In this document: in pieces, positions 52,647-63,720 of the stretch | How positions within the stretch are numbered: position 1 is the first letter of the stretch | Layout: every line of letters starts with the position of its first letter | DNA from: Macrostomum hystrix | Lineage: Eukaryota; Animalia; Platyhelminthes | DNA length: 64,000 bases | Direction: 5' to 3' | NCBI GenBank assembly: GCA_950097015.1 | Contig: CATNEN010000003.1 | Location: forward strand, 1-64,000 | The notes under the pieces: model-generated | Told to the model about the DNA's origin: nothing | The model's input: the letters and a program-made list of their open reading frames with translations, nothing else | The model's database searches: none | Position numbers and translations under genes: made by a program

Positions 52647-53640
52647 TTAGAAACAGCAACATGAGCAGCAGTTTAAATGTGTGCAGAATTTCTCGCCTAG
52701 CGTCATTGACTGAACGGTAGTAGCAGCGTTTGCCTCAATTACTGGGAAAATTCCAGGCTGGCGCATGCAAGTTCCAATTTTTCGTCTAATCGTCATTCTT
52801 GATGGAAGCCGTAAGCCAATGCTACGCAAGTATCGGTGGCATCTTGGGCTGTAGTGAAGAAGCCCTGTGGCAAAACGTAGAGAAGCCTTCGACCAGACAG
52901 GTCTCCGGCGTTTGGCATTTGAGATCTGATCCTGAATCACACCACGAACCGTTTCACTCATGCTTGCGCTCTGAGTACAAATGCAGTTGTGCTGGGCCAG
53001 ATTTCTAAGCCTGGTAGCAGTCAAACTTAAAGTGGCGCATCGCCGTTTCAGAGTATCATTTTGGCATCTCAGTCGTGCTGAAGTGTTTCTCTCGGCCTTG
53101 AGTTTCTGCCTTAGCTGCTGCATGGTCGCGATTCTTCGACCGGTAGGCTTGGATATGGGCACAGTAATCGCCGGAGCTTCCTTTCTCGGAGATGGAGGTA
53201 TGTCTAAATGTTCACCTCGGACAGTCGGAGCTTTCCGTTGCAGGACTGGTGGAATCGCTTTGTACAGATTTTGAGCAGAAAACGCCGTAGTCAGTAGTTG
53301 CGTGCCTGGCTCTTGACGAAGTCTTGGACAGCTGTACATTTCGTCAGTGAAGTGGAGGCTGCATACGACAGCACATGCCCACTTGTGCTCGTTGGCTTTG
53401 CCAAGCAGGTCGGCTCTGTAGAGTCGGCGCGCCCATTCTTCGCATCTGCATGAAACAGTTATTATGGCATGCCTGTCACAAGAGACTACAATAACTACTC
53501 GCAAGATATCATAATTCTGATGTCACGTACCTTTCAGGACTCTTGATTGGAAACTTATGAAAACGAACTCCAGGTTGATTTCTATACGCATAGGATTTAC
53601 AGCCGTATGATGCGCACTGCCGACGTGAGACTGTTGGCAT
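52647..53640 (-). CDS. THAP-domain protein, truncated P-element/THAP9-like transposase; exons 53640-53531 and 53445-52647, 302 aa
   Basis: Exon 1 encodes MPTVSRRQCASYGC...FHKFP. An 85-bp phase-2 intron (AG|GTACGT...TGCAG|A) joins in frame to RCEEW...VCSLHF, giving the C2CH THAP signature. Then come a coiled coil and YSPRCHRYLRSIGLRLPSRMTIRR (P-transposase HTH region). Homology stops at EKFC, just before the expected xLxFDEM. Confidence 0.85.
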
Positions 53641-53944
53641 GGCACAACAGAGGCGTAAATCACTGGGCAGAATAAAGTAGCCGTCAGTCAAGTGCGATGC
53701 AGCAATATTGTATTCTGTGATTTATTCTAAGGAACGCAGGCAACTTACATGCGACTTATATACACTGGGCATCAAATAGATAGGATAGATGGAAGGAAAG
53801 ACAAGCGAGAAACATAGTCTATGGCAAAATCGATCTCAATACACTCGGGTTGATAAAAAAGCCAGCACTACTCGCAAATCACTTCACCTTAGAAGTAGCG
53901 TAGCTAGCAAATAGTTTTTGTCTCAATTTTTTTCGCAGGGAGCT

Positions 53945-53971
53945 TGATTGAGCATTCTGGTGTATTCTGTG
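53945..53971 (+). mobile_element. P-superfamily transposon terminus, copy 2 (5' end of the THAP element), followed by TSD CTTCAAAT (53972-53979)
   Basis: 27-bp identity with 51307-51333. It lies ~300 bp upstream of the THAP ATG. The adjacent 8 bp are the reverse complement of those next to copy 1. Confidence 0.85.
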
Positions 53972-55430
53972 CTTCAAATATTTTTTACGCTTCGTTATGT
54001 ACGGTGTGAATCAAAGCGCATTTCAATGTCAGGCATGCTAGCTTGATTTGCTAAAGCCTGAACTTTGTTCTAACATTGCATCATAATGACATCTGTAGGA
54101 GCAGCTTGATAAAACTTGGGCTGCATTCCTATCTTTCTGCAGTCTAGACTAGAGTGTGTGTAAAATCCCGTTTCAATCAAGGAAACGAAGTAGAGCCTCA
54201 GCGCCCTAACATAGTTCTGAAATAGCAACATAATGCGATATGTGCGAGAAGCACGCGCAAAGCTGTTCTAGAACGCTACAAGGAGCATAATTGTTTTCTA
54301 CGATTGTTCCTGTATCAGCGTGCATCAATGCGCCTCTTAAAGTCAGGCATGCTAGCTAACAGCTGCAGAAGCCTGTATTTAGTGCTAATTTAGCAGCACA
54401 AAGACATCCGTGGGAGCAGCTAGCTAAAACTTTAGCTGCGTTCATATCTTCCTGCAGACTACGTGTAAACGCGCTTTTAATAAGGGAAAATAGGTAGAGC
54501 CTTAAGCGCCCTTATAAAATGCAGAATAGTGCAGCATATATCGATAATTGCGAGAATCACACGTAAAGCTGTTCTAGAGCGCATACAAAAGGCTTAAATT
54601 GTAATTTACGTTTTTTCATGTACGACGTGAATCACAGCGCATTTCAATGTCAGGCATGCTAGCTTTATCTGCAAAGGCATGTATATGGTTCATTTAGTTC
54701 TCTAATAGCTGCATATATCGATCTTTGCGAGCAGCACGCGCAAAGCTGTTTTAGAACGCTAGAAGGAGCATGATTGTTTTTTACGGTTGTTCCTGTATCG
54801 GCGTGCATGAATGCGCCTCTCTCAAAGTCCGGCATGCTAGCTTGATGTGCAAAAGCCTGTATTAGGTGCTGAAATTGCAGCATAATGACATTGGTGAGAG
54901 CAGCAAGCTGAAACTTTAGCTGCATACCTATCCTCCTGCTGACTAGAGTGTGAACGCACTTTTTAATTAAGGAAACTATATAGCTCGAGCCCTTAGCGCA
55001 CCTACAAAATGTTTAAATAGCAGAAATACGCGATCTGTGCGATCAACACGCGCAAAGTTGTTTCTTACACTTGTTCCAGTGTCTGAGTGTTTTAAATCGC
55101 TTTTTATAGTCATGCATGCAAGGTAGAGCTTTAAAAGTCTGTATTTAGTGATGATTTAGCAGCACAATGCGATCCGTGAGAGCAGCTAGCTGAAACTTGT
55201 TCATAGCACGAGCTACAAGCTTTAGCTGCATCGGCTGACTGGAGGTGCGTATTATTTATTACAGCCGACTTTTAAACCAAGGAAACTCTATAGCTCGAGC
55301 CCTAAGCGCCCTTACAAAATGCTGAAAAAGCAGCATATATAACGCGATCTCTGCGTGCAGCATTCGCCAAGATATTCTAGCAGGCGCGTTGAAGGTGCTG
55401 TAAATGTTTTTTTACACTTGTTTCTGAATG
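53972..55430 (+). repeat. Diverged relic of the satellite, ~5 units of ~305-312 bp, same orientation as the main array
   Basis: The GCAGCATA..CGATCT.TGCG block recurs at ~54224, 54530, 54708, 55020 and 55330. It shares GTCAGGCATGCTAGC and GAGCAGCTAGCT.AAACT with the array. Confidence 0.95.
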
Positions 55431-56024
55431 GACATTTAGCGTGTTCTTGCGCTTAATTGTGTGAGCTGGCGTGCACTTGACGAGTTCCGCCGTCGACTGC
55501 CTACTAGATGATGCCACCTCCCAGACCTCTGATGTAGGACTGGTGCACATTTACGCTTAGGCCCTGGGGATTCAGGAAAGGAAATATATTTCTTTGTAGA
55601 AAACATTTTTTTGCGATACGCGAAAAGATGCAAGTACCCAGGAAATTAACACATTTTTCTTTTAATGTAAATGCTTTTTTATATTAAGATTATAAAAGCT
55701 TTTGAGAGAATCGCTTGAAATTAGAGCTTATATACCTGCACCTTTTGCATACTCTAGTAGCTGTGTATTTTGATGGCTCTCTATATTTTCGACGACATAA
55801 CCAAGCTAACAGTCAGTGGCGTAGCTAGTATTTTTAAATCGGCGGATCAGAAAAGAGGCAATAATTGTAAAACAAAATACTTTTTGGGTTAGTGAAAAAA
55901 CAAGCTAGCCTTCGGTCTGATAATTAGATCAAAGATCAAAGATCAAAGGTCTGGACGTCATAAAGCAGCAGGCTAGACAATTATTATGAAGTGAAATGAT
56001 ACCATACAATTACAATTACCGCCT

Positions 56025-56835
56025 CATTCATACTACACTGACGACCTGGCGCTGCTGGCCTCTACGGCGGATGGAGCCCAGCGGATGCTGGACAGATTGG
56101 TGGCGGTAGCGGCTACGGTCGGCCTGGTTGTTAACACCGACAAGACGGAGGTCCTGACGGTGCCAGCGGAGCTGCCTGCCAATATCACCTGCCGCGGCGC
56201 AAACGGTCACGCGGCCCCTCTACCCCGCTGCATGCGTTTCACGTACCTCGGCGGGCTGGTACCCAGCGTTCAGGAGGACCTGGCGCGACGCAGAGGCCTG
56301 GCTTGGGCGGCCTTCCGCTCAGTCCGGGTTGTTCTGCAGAGCGCCGCGCTGCCAGATCGCCTGAGGTCTCGGCTGTTTCAGGCGGTGGTCGAGACCGTCC
56401 TGACCTACAACGCCGAGACGTGGACGCTGACCGAGACGCTGGAGAAGCGGCTGGACGCGGCCCACTCCAGCCTGTTGCGCGCGGCCTTCGGCATCTCCTA
56501 CCCCGAGGTTGTCTCGAACGCGGCCCTCTACCGACGAGCCGGCCTGCGACCACCCAGCGAGACCATCCGGCGGCGGCGGCTGCAGCTTGCGGGCCACGTG
56601 ATCCGCGCGGAAGCCTATGCTGCGGTGCCCCTGGCGCCGGAGGCAGGCCAGGACGTGCCGTTACGTGGACTGCCTGCTTGCTGATGCCGGTGTCAACGAC
56701 CGGACAAACGCTGCGGCTGCCTTCAAGGAGCGAGCCATGAGGAGGGTGCTCTGACACTGCCGCCATGCTCTCACTTTTCCCCTTTCTTTCCCCATTTTTC
56801 TCTTTCTCCCCATGCTCTCCCCTCTTTCTTTCTCG
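56025..56835 (+). mobile_element. 5'-truncated non-LTR retrotransposon (RTE-like), RT C-terminal half plus 3' UTR
   Basis: YTDDLALL at 56034 is in frame with ORF 56085-56684 (GLVVNTDKTEV, FTYLGG, ETVLTYNAETWT, RRLQLAGHV). A frameshifted tail PWRRRQARTCRYVDCL...RRVL* ends at 56754. The stretch is a sharp GC-rich island with a pyrimidine-rich tail. Confidence 0.9.
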
Positions 56836-57754
56836 GAACAAAGAACATGTTCGGAGTTGCCTATTAGGCGACCTTCGCGCATGTTCGATTACCGTTTCTT
56901 AGACCCTATCTCTGTCAACACTGTTGATATATAATATGTTGAGGCAACTAAAACAAGTTTTCATATAAAGAACTCTTGTATATTTTTGCAGATTCAAAAG
57001 ATGCAAATGAGACCTACATATTTTATGTATTTTAAGTGTAATGAATAAACCAACAATTTAAATTTCGCGCCATTGTAAGACTTTAAAATAAAAATTTTAT
57101 TAAAAGTTTTAATAATAAAAACAAATAAAAATACAACACATAATTATATAAAAGTGGCTTAATATTTATCGGAAAGGTAATTTTACTGGCAAAAGTACAG
57201 ATCGTCACTGTGTCTAGGAAAAGTTTTAAAATCGTTTCCTGTAATTAAATGAACGGAGAATTGAAACAAGGCCGCTGAACAATTAGTCAATTACTCAATT
57301 CATTATTACGAATTTCGATTAGTAGTCAGTTCTTATTTTCTATAGTTCTATTTTCTTTAGTTCTTATAGTTCTTATTATAGTTCGCGCAACGCACTCTGA
57401 CTTCGGGATTATATAGCCGTTATTCCAGTTACTTCGCTTAAAGACGCAAATGCAGCGCAATTAAAGTTTAAATAAAAAGGAATATCATACAGTATAACAA
57501 TACTATAATTAAAGTAACAAGCGCCGTTAAATATAACAGGAGAGTAATAATTAAATACAGTGCAACAATAAGTTGTTACATGAGGGCACAATAATTTATA
57601 ACAATAATTAAAAGCGTACTAATTCTTAAGTGCGTTACAAAAATACATTACATTCCTAGTTTCATCTGTACTCACTGTACATAAGATTACCATTGACGTG
57701 AAGGTGCCATTGCCAGTGAGGAAAAATTTAGTTAATTAAATTATTTAGCACAAA

Positions 57755-57823
57755 ATGAATCGTCTTTTTGGTACGGGAAAGCCCAAGCAGCCACCTCCAA
57801 ATCTAAATGATGCAATTTCAAAT
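57755..57823 (+). CDS. CHMP5: Charged multivesicular body protein 5 (Vps60), first coding exon
   Basis: CAAAATG start context; encodes MNRLFGTGKPKQPPPNLNDAISN, matching the CHMP5 N-terminus (human [23 protein letters not shown]). A consensus donor GTAAGT follows at 57824. Confidence 0.93.
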
Positions 57824-58407
57824 GTAAGTGATTTATTGAAAAAGCATTTTGGAGTTATAACTAGGAGGGACAAGAACAGTCTGTTATACTGCCATGCCAT
57901 GCATTGATATGCCATATGACAATAATGTGTTGACTTAGTTGTTGACTTAGTGTTGTGCATGACTTAGACTAGTGTAGTTGTGCTTTTTATTGCTTTTACA
58001 TTTATAGAAAGAAAGTGAGAACTCATCACTTTACTTGTCTTAGGCCTAGTAGTTGTTCAATAATTTTATTAGTTTATTAAGGTCTTTTTATTTGTTTTCT
58101 TGGACTATTTTAATTAATGTAGGATAGGCCTAATTTGAATTTTTACTTCTCAAGGCACCTAGGCCTACCAGTTTTGTTTAAATTTGCTTATTGATTTCAC
58201 TTTTAGTAACATTTTCAGTTATTGACTTTTTGAACTTGAGCTATTCCTTCTATAAAATTCCTTTGGGTTTTCCAACCTTTACCTACAGTCTTCTATTTTC
58301 TATTCAGATGGGTCCAGTTGTAGACCCACTAGAATAGAGTTGTTTGTTGACTTACTATTTGTTATATCTTCCCAGTACCTTTTAAAAACATATAGGCCCT
58401 ATATCTA

Positions 58408-58921
58408 AGATGTATATAACTTTGGCCAATCGGTTTTTACCGATGTTAAACCGACGTTAAAATGTACATACACTGGAGTGGGGTGGCTGCTAGCGGGAGG
58501 AGATTTTAATTGGGGTGTGTGACAGGGAATTCCCTAACCCACCCCAAGTGGACAATTAGTCATGCTGATGATTTATCTCTCAAAAAACCCCAACATTTAG
58601 GCTTCATATGAAATACATTGCAGACGTAAACTTTTCCCGACACTAACGATTATATGTATCAATGCATATATATTTTTAGTTAGTGTCGGGAAAAGTTTAC
58701 GTCGGCAATGTATTTCATATGAAGCCTAAATGTTGGGGTTTTTTGAGAGATGAATCATCAGCATGACTAATTGTCCAATTGGGGTGGGTTAGGGAATTCC
58801 CCGTCACACACCCCAATTAAAATCTCGTCCCGCTAGCAGCCACCCCACTCCAGTGTATGTACATTTTAATGTCGGTTTAACGTCGGTAAAAACCGATCGG
58901 CCAAAGTTATATACGCTATCT
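58408..58921. mobile_element. Palindromic MITE: 236-bp arms, 31-bp spacer, probable TA TSD
   Basis: 58412-58647 is the reverse complement of 58679-58914, with about 8 mismatches. Outer ends read TA|AGAT...ATCT|TA. Confidence 0.9.
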
Positions 58922-58987
58922 TAGGTAGTTATATAAGTTTGCTCATAGGCCTAGTTTTTCTAAAAAGGAAAAATTATGTTATTTATA

Positions 58988-59457
58988 TGAGGGGTGTTTC
59001 AAAAGTAACGAGAATTTAGTCATATCTTTAATGGATAAACTTTCTAACATAAAATGTTTACCCTGCAATTTTGCAAATATGGACAGCACACAGCTTTGCC
59101 AGCCGAGCAGATGTCTGATACATCATACATCAGATGTATGTATGAAGATACATCTTTATCTTCTGTAAAGATGACAGCTTTGTAGAACGTGCTGAAATCT
59201 CTGAAGAAATGGATGAATGTGCTGATTTTTGACACAACAAACACGTTTACCTGTTCACTCTTTTCCACAGACAAAAATTGTAATTTTTAATCTTGAGGTC
59301 TGGACTTCAATGTAAGATTTCACTGTTGCTTGTAGACTGATAGAGTTGCAACTGAAGCTGTGTGCTGTCAATATTTGCAGAATTACAGGGTAAAAAGTTG
59401 AAATGTTTATCCATTAAAAAGTTGACTAAATTCTCTTTACTTTTGAAACATCCCTTG
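58988..59457. mobile_element. Non-autonomous Tc1/mariner element
   Basis: TA|TGAGGGGTGTTTCAAAAGTAACGAGAATTTAGTCA ... TGACTAAATTCTCTTTACTTTTGAAACATCCCTTG|TA: ~50-bp TIRs and a TA TSD. Confidence 0.88.
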
Positions 59458-59812
59458 TACTTACTTTTATCAAAAAGATTTTGGAGATAAATATTGTGAG
59501 GCAGACCCGTTTTTAATGCTGTATAATTTCGACACCTAATTACTGCCAAAAACAATTATTTCACTTGAAGGGTTTGTTTAAGTTGTTTCGTGCCCGCCTC
59601 CCTTTTTGTGGATGGGGAATATAAATATAACTGCCTGCAGAGGCCAAAAAGACATGCGGAGTTTTGGCTAAAGGCCCCAAATAATAGCAGATTACAATCA
59701 GATTGAAATTGAGTTCTGTGTTGATTATTTCTCGGAGTTAAAGGTTGATTGGACAAAGTCATACACTAGTAGTCAGATTGAATAAAGAAAGGAAGGTAAT
59801 AACCAGACCAAA

Positions 59813-60093
59813 CATACATGCGCAACACCCGGCCGACCCGGCTGAACCGGCCGGGTGAAACGAGGGCCAAGCAAGGTAAGTCGCAAAAACCAATTGACCA
59901 AGCGCAAAAAAATCAAAGGGGGGACCAAGGGACAAAAAAGGAAGGCGTGAAGAAAAGGAAAAAGGGGAGAGAAAAAGAGAGCAAATGAGAGCAAACTAAG
60001 TCGTAAATAGAGCAATGAAATGAACTAAGTCGCAAATGAGAGCAAAAACTAAGTCGCACGGCCGGCTAAGATTTGGGAGGTTGCGCATGTATG
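59813..60093. mobile_element. hAT-like MITE (281 bp)
   Basis: 14-bp perfect TIR CATACATGCGCAAC. Perfect 8-bp TSD AGACCAAA at 59805-59812 and 60094-60101. TAAGTCG is repeated four times internally. Confidence 0.88.
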
Positions 60094-60350
60094 AGACCAA
60101 AGCAAGGGATAAATTCGAACTAAGAAGAAAGGAAATTCCAGAGTGAGTTTTATGCATGAGTGGAGACTGGGCAATTTCGATCCATTGGAAGCCTAAAAGG
60201 ACTGAAAAGATTGCTAATGGTTAGATGATAATAATGGGAGTGTCTTGCCACTCAGACACAGTCAATATATGCTACCTAGAGAATTATTTCAGGCAATTTA
60301 CACAAGTACATATAAATTGTATTGATTAAACTGACCAAGTGGATAAACAC

Positions 60351-60356
<6 letters not shown>

Positions 60357-60400
<44 letters not shown>
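60357..60400. repeat. (AT)22 microsatellite
   Basis: Read directly from the sequence. Confidence 0.98.
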
Positions 60401-60404
<4 letters not shown>

Positions 60405-60419
60405 CAAAGGTTGTCAATA

Positions 60420-61080
60420 AAGAAAGAGGCCTCCCACAAATTATAACAACAAAACAAAAAATTGAGTTTCAAGAATCTATTTGGCACTGTTATCTGCCAT
60501 CTTTTATCTTTTATAATGCCTAATTCTTATAACCCAAAGGCACAGTAGCCTTTAAGCATAATTACATAGCATAACCTTATAAAAATGGTTTATATTCAAT
60601 AGGTCCCCATGCCTCAATAGAAGTTTAAACTTATTCATTTTTGCACTCAATTTACTTGACCCAAAACCCCTTAATCACTGTCTATGTGCCAATTAGTGTA
60701 GTATTTCTATATATTGGTATACTTGCAAAAGACCTTAGTAAGACCCATCCTATAATAAATTAAATTAATCTTCAATAGGTCTGCTTGATCTTTGTCTTGT
60801 TTTTTTATTTTATTTTTTTTTCTATTCTTCCTAAAATAAACCATTACATAGGCATAGAAAGTATTTGTGGAAAGAACAAAACAATTCTGTTTTACTCAAG
60901 CATCCATAAAGATCTCTATAGACATATTTCTAGACCAATAAAACAAACTAATTTATTGGATAGAAATTCCTAAAGTTGTCTTGAGTTAATATTGTTAAGG
61001 GATTTCTTATGTGATTATCCAATTGTGTAGCTTGGTTGGCAATGTTTAGGTTTCCTTTTCAATATGCTATTTGAACAATT
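60420..61080 (-). mobile_element. Possible highly decayed L2/CR1-type LINE remnant
   Basis: Only short motifs on the minus strand (SIEAWGP ~60605-60625; WHID ~60682-60693) that resemble the LINE RT C-terminus. Confidence 0.25.
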
Positions 61081-61169
61081 TATATAGTTATCTAAAGCGC
61101 ATAGATTTGTTATTTGTTCTGATGGTGTTGGTGTGACACTTCGTCTGCGTCCAATAGAGTTCTGTCCCA

Positions 61170-63720
61170 TCCGGGGGACCTACTTGGAGGGCGTCACGCA
61201 AAGATGATGGTCTGTTTATCATTATCTTATCTTTATCATTAGCGCCGAAGCCATGAAACACCGGTAGGAGTGCGACACGAAAAAACAATGCCATCCCAGT
61301 TCGACTGGCTGCCAAGCCCGCCATCCGCCGCTGGACCTCAAAGCGCTCGGCCGAACCTGGACCTACCCAGACGCCAGTGATGCTCACCAATCAGCTCAAC
61401 TACAGCTCAACTACAGCAACCGCCATCACTCTCCGGACGAATACTTCCCCCTCTCTCCGGACTGCGGCAAGTGGACACCGTCGAGTACCTGCTGTTCCAC
61501 TTCTCAAGGGCGACAGCTTCGAACTCTGCAACACACCGGTCGAGGAGTTAATGGTCTCCGTGGCCGTGCTCATCGGGCTTTTGACCGAGCCCTGAAGAAG
61601 ATGCTTACAGGGCAACGGGAAGGCTGGCAACTGACCGTCTCGGCGGCCGGCAACAAACTGCTGCTTATTCCCAACGTGCACACTGCTGGCCGACTTTTCC
61701 TGGTGAACACATTCGCCGGGTCAGCATCTTCCCAGACACCAACACCCGACAGCCGTCAGCAGCCCACTAGCCGAAATTTAGATAACAAGACCATCACGTT
61801 AGACATCGGCCTCAAGACCTGCACTTGGCCTTTCGTGTTCGCCCCGCCATTGATCGTTGATCGACTTCTTACGCCATCACGGGTCGCTGGTAGAATTACC
61901 CAAGCGCCATCTTCTGGACATCAGCTCCCTTGTTAGCGTGCACCTGCTGCCCAGTTCTAAACCGGCACCCCAGATCGCCGCATCTTTTGCCGGCGACACC
62001 TACGGCCGTTTGCTGGCCGAGTTTTCCTGCATCTCCGAACCGAGCTTGAACAAAGCCATCCTGCACCATGTCATCGAGCACCACATCCCCGCAAGGGGCC
62101 CACTGTTAATTGACCGCGCCAGCCGCGTGCCACCCAACAAGCTGTCAGCAGCCAAGCAGAAATTCCACATGCTGGAACTGCTCGGCATAGTTCGGCGTTC
62201 CAGTAGCCCCTGATCTTCTCCGCTCCACATACGCTCGTATTGCCCAAGTCTTCAGGCGAATGGCGGTTGGCGGCTTTGCGGTGATTTCCATCGGCTTAAC
62301 TACGCCCAGAACGCGTAGGCTCTGAAAGGCTTTTAGAAAGCAGCAGCCCAGAGCACGACCTGGTCGATCTGAGAGTCCGGTTCTGCGGTTGGCAGACAAT
62401 GGCAGACAGTGTTCAGCTCGGCAGCAGCGGCACCTCGCCTACATGTCCGAGTTCACGACCATACATATCCGACACGTCGCCGGCAAGGAAAATCCAGTGG
62501 CTGACGCGCTGTCTCGCTGCACCATCGCATGTTGCCCGGAGTTGACTACACAGCCATGGTGCGGGCTCAGCTAGCCGGCCGCGCCCGTTGGTCCCATCAG
62601 CTTTTCGATCGATTTTCGAGGCGATACATGGCCTAGTGCACCCGTCCATTCGCACACGCCGTCTAATAGCCGAATGTTTTGTCTAGTCTAGCCTGAACGG
62701 CCAGTGGGGTGCGTCTGCATCGCCAGTCAGCAGTGACATGTAGCCACCCCACCCGACAACATCCGGTTCCAGGCGGACGGTTTGAACATGTGCTCGTCAC
62801 CTTTCATGTTTCACGCACCTTCTGAACGGTCAACCGCTTTACCCGCTGGCCCGAGGCCATTCCGCTGCCTTACGATCTCGGTGGCCACCTGCGCCTCCCT
62901 ATTCATCGCCCATTGGGTAGCCGTTTCGGCCCATGTTAAGACTGCTGGACATGTAGCTCCAACACACGACGTTGTTTCCCCCAATAGTCCACCGGGCTCG
63001 TTGAGCTGCCCCACAGGCTGCTCAATGCATCGTTGATAGCACGTTTACAGGTCCGGCTGTACCTTTAAGCTTCGGTGCGGTTTGTTACGAATTCGAACAG
63101 CAGGAGAAATTTGCTGTTTCGCCAGCCGAGCTGGATTGCGGTGCCCCACTGACGGTGCCCGGCGAATGCCTCCAGGCCAGCCAACCCTCCTGCAGACAAG
63201 ACCAGTTCCTCGCCAAGACCAGCCTGCATGGCGCAGTGCAAACGTTCCGTTCACAACCAAACTCTCAGCACGGCCACCTTCCGCATTCTTGGCCGCTCGC
63301 CCTCGATTCCTGGACACACGTTTTCGTTTGGCGCGGCGCGACAAGTACCTCCCGGTGCTCCATTGGCCATACTACGACCTATTTAAGGTGCTGCAGCGTG
63401 GTGCTATGGTTTTTTTGTGAGGCTTGACCCAACCTGCCCAGTGCCAACACCGGCGCTGCGGCCCCGCGGTTGCCCTCCGCGGAACCAAGCACCGGAGGCC
63501 TCAGCTAGCAGCACCCGCACCTCACTTTTGATCGAGCCAGCCTGGCACCAACTGTGCCCCACCGGTCCACTGCAGACGCAGCCAGCTCGCCGAGAGCAGC
63601 GTAGCCGACAGCCACCGTAAGTCATCGCTGGGAGAGCTGTGGTGGAGAGTACACTCTGCCGCCAGACAGCGTGTTCAAACATCACACCACTGCCTTGGCG
63701 GATGCGTCACCCATGCTCTT
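61170..63720 (+). mobile_element. Decayed, internally deleted Ty3/Gypsy LTR retrotransposon
   Basis: Remnants occur in the expected order: protease (GRLFLVNT, WPFVFA, DFLRHH), RT start (LGIVRRSSSP*SSPLH, WRLCGDFHRLN), RNase H end (RQQRHLAYMSEF...GKENPVADALSR) and integrase (IHGLVHPSIRT). A PPT-like GGGAGAGC|TGTGG lies at ~63630. Many stops and frameshifts; no paired LTR seen. Confidence 0.9.

Noticed and set aside
51334-55430. Inverted satellite relics as long Galileo-type TIRs of the THAP element
   Set aside because: The true termini and 8-bp TSD show the relic is the insertion target, not part of the element.
55814-55828. CAGTGGCGTAGCTAG, a hAT-like terminus
   Set aside because: No partner inverted end or TSD found.
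56239-56882. 200-aa and other antisense ORFs over the LINE (likewise those over the Gypsy remnant)
   Set aside because: Shadow ORFs of GC-rich retroelement sequence.
57692-57700. CRE-like TGACGT upstream of CHMP5
   Set aside because: A single short motif; cannot be supported from sequence alone.
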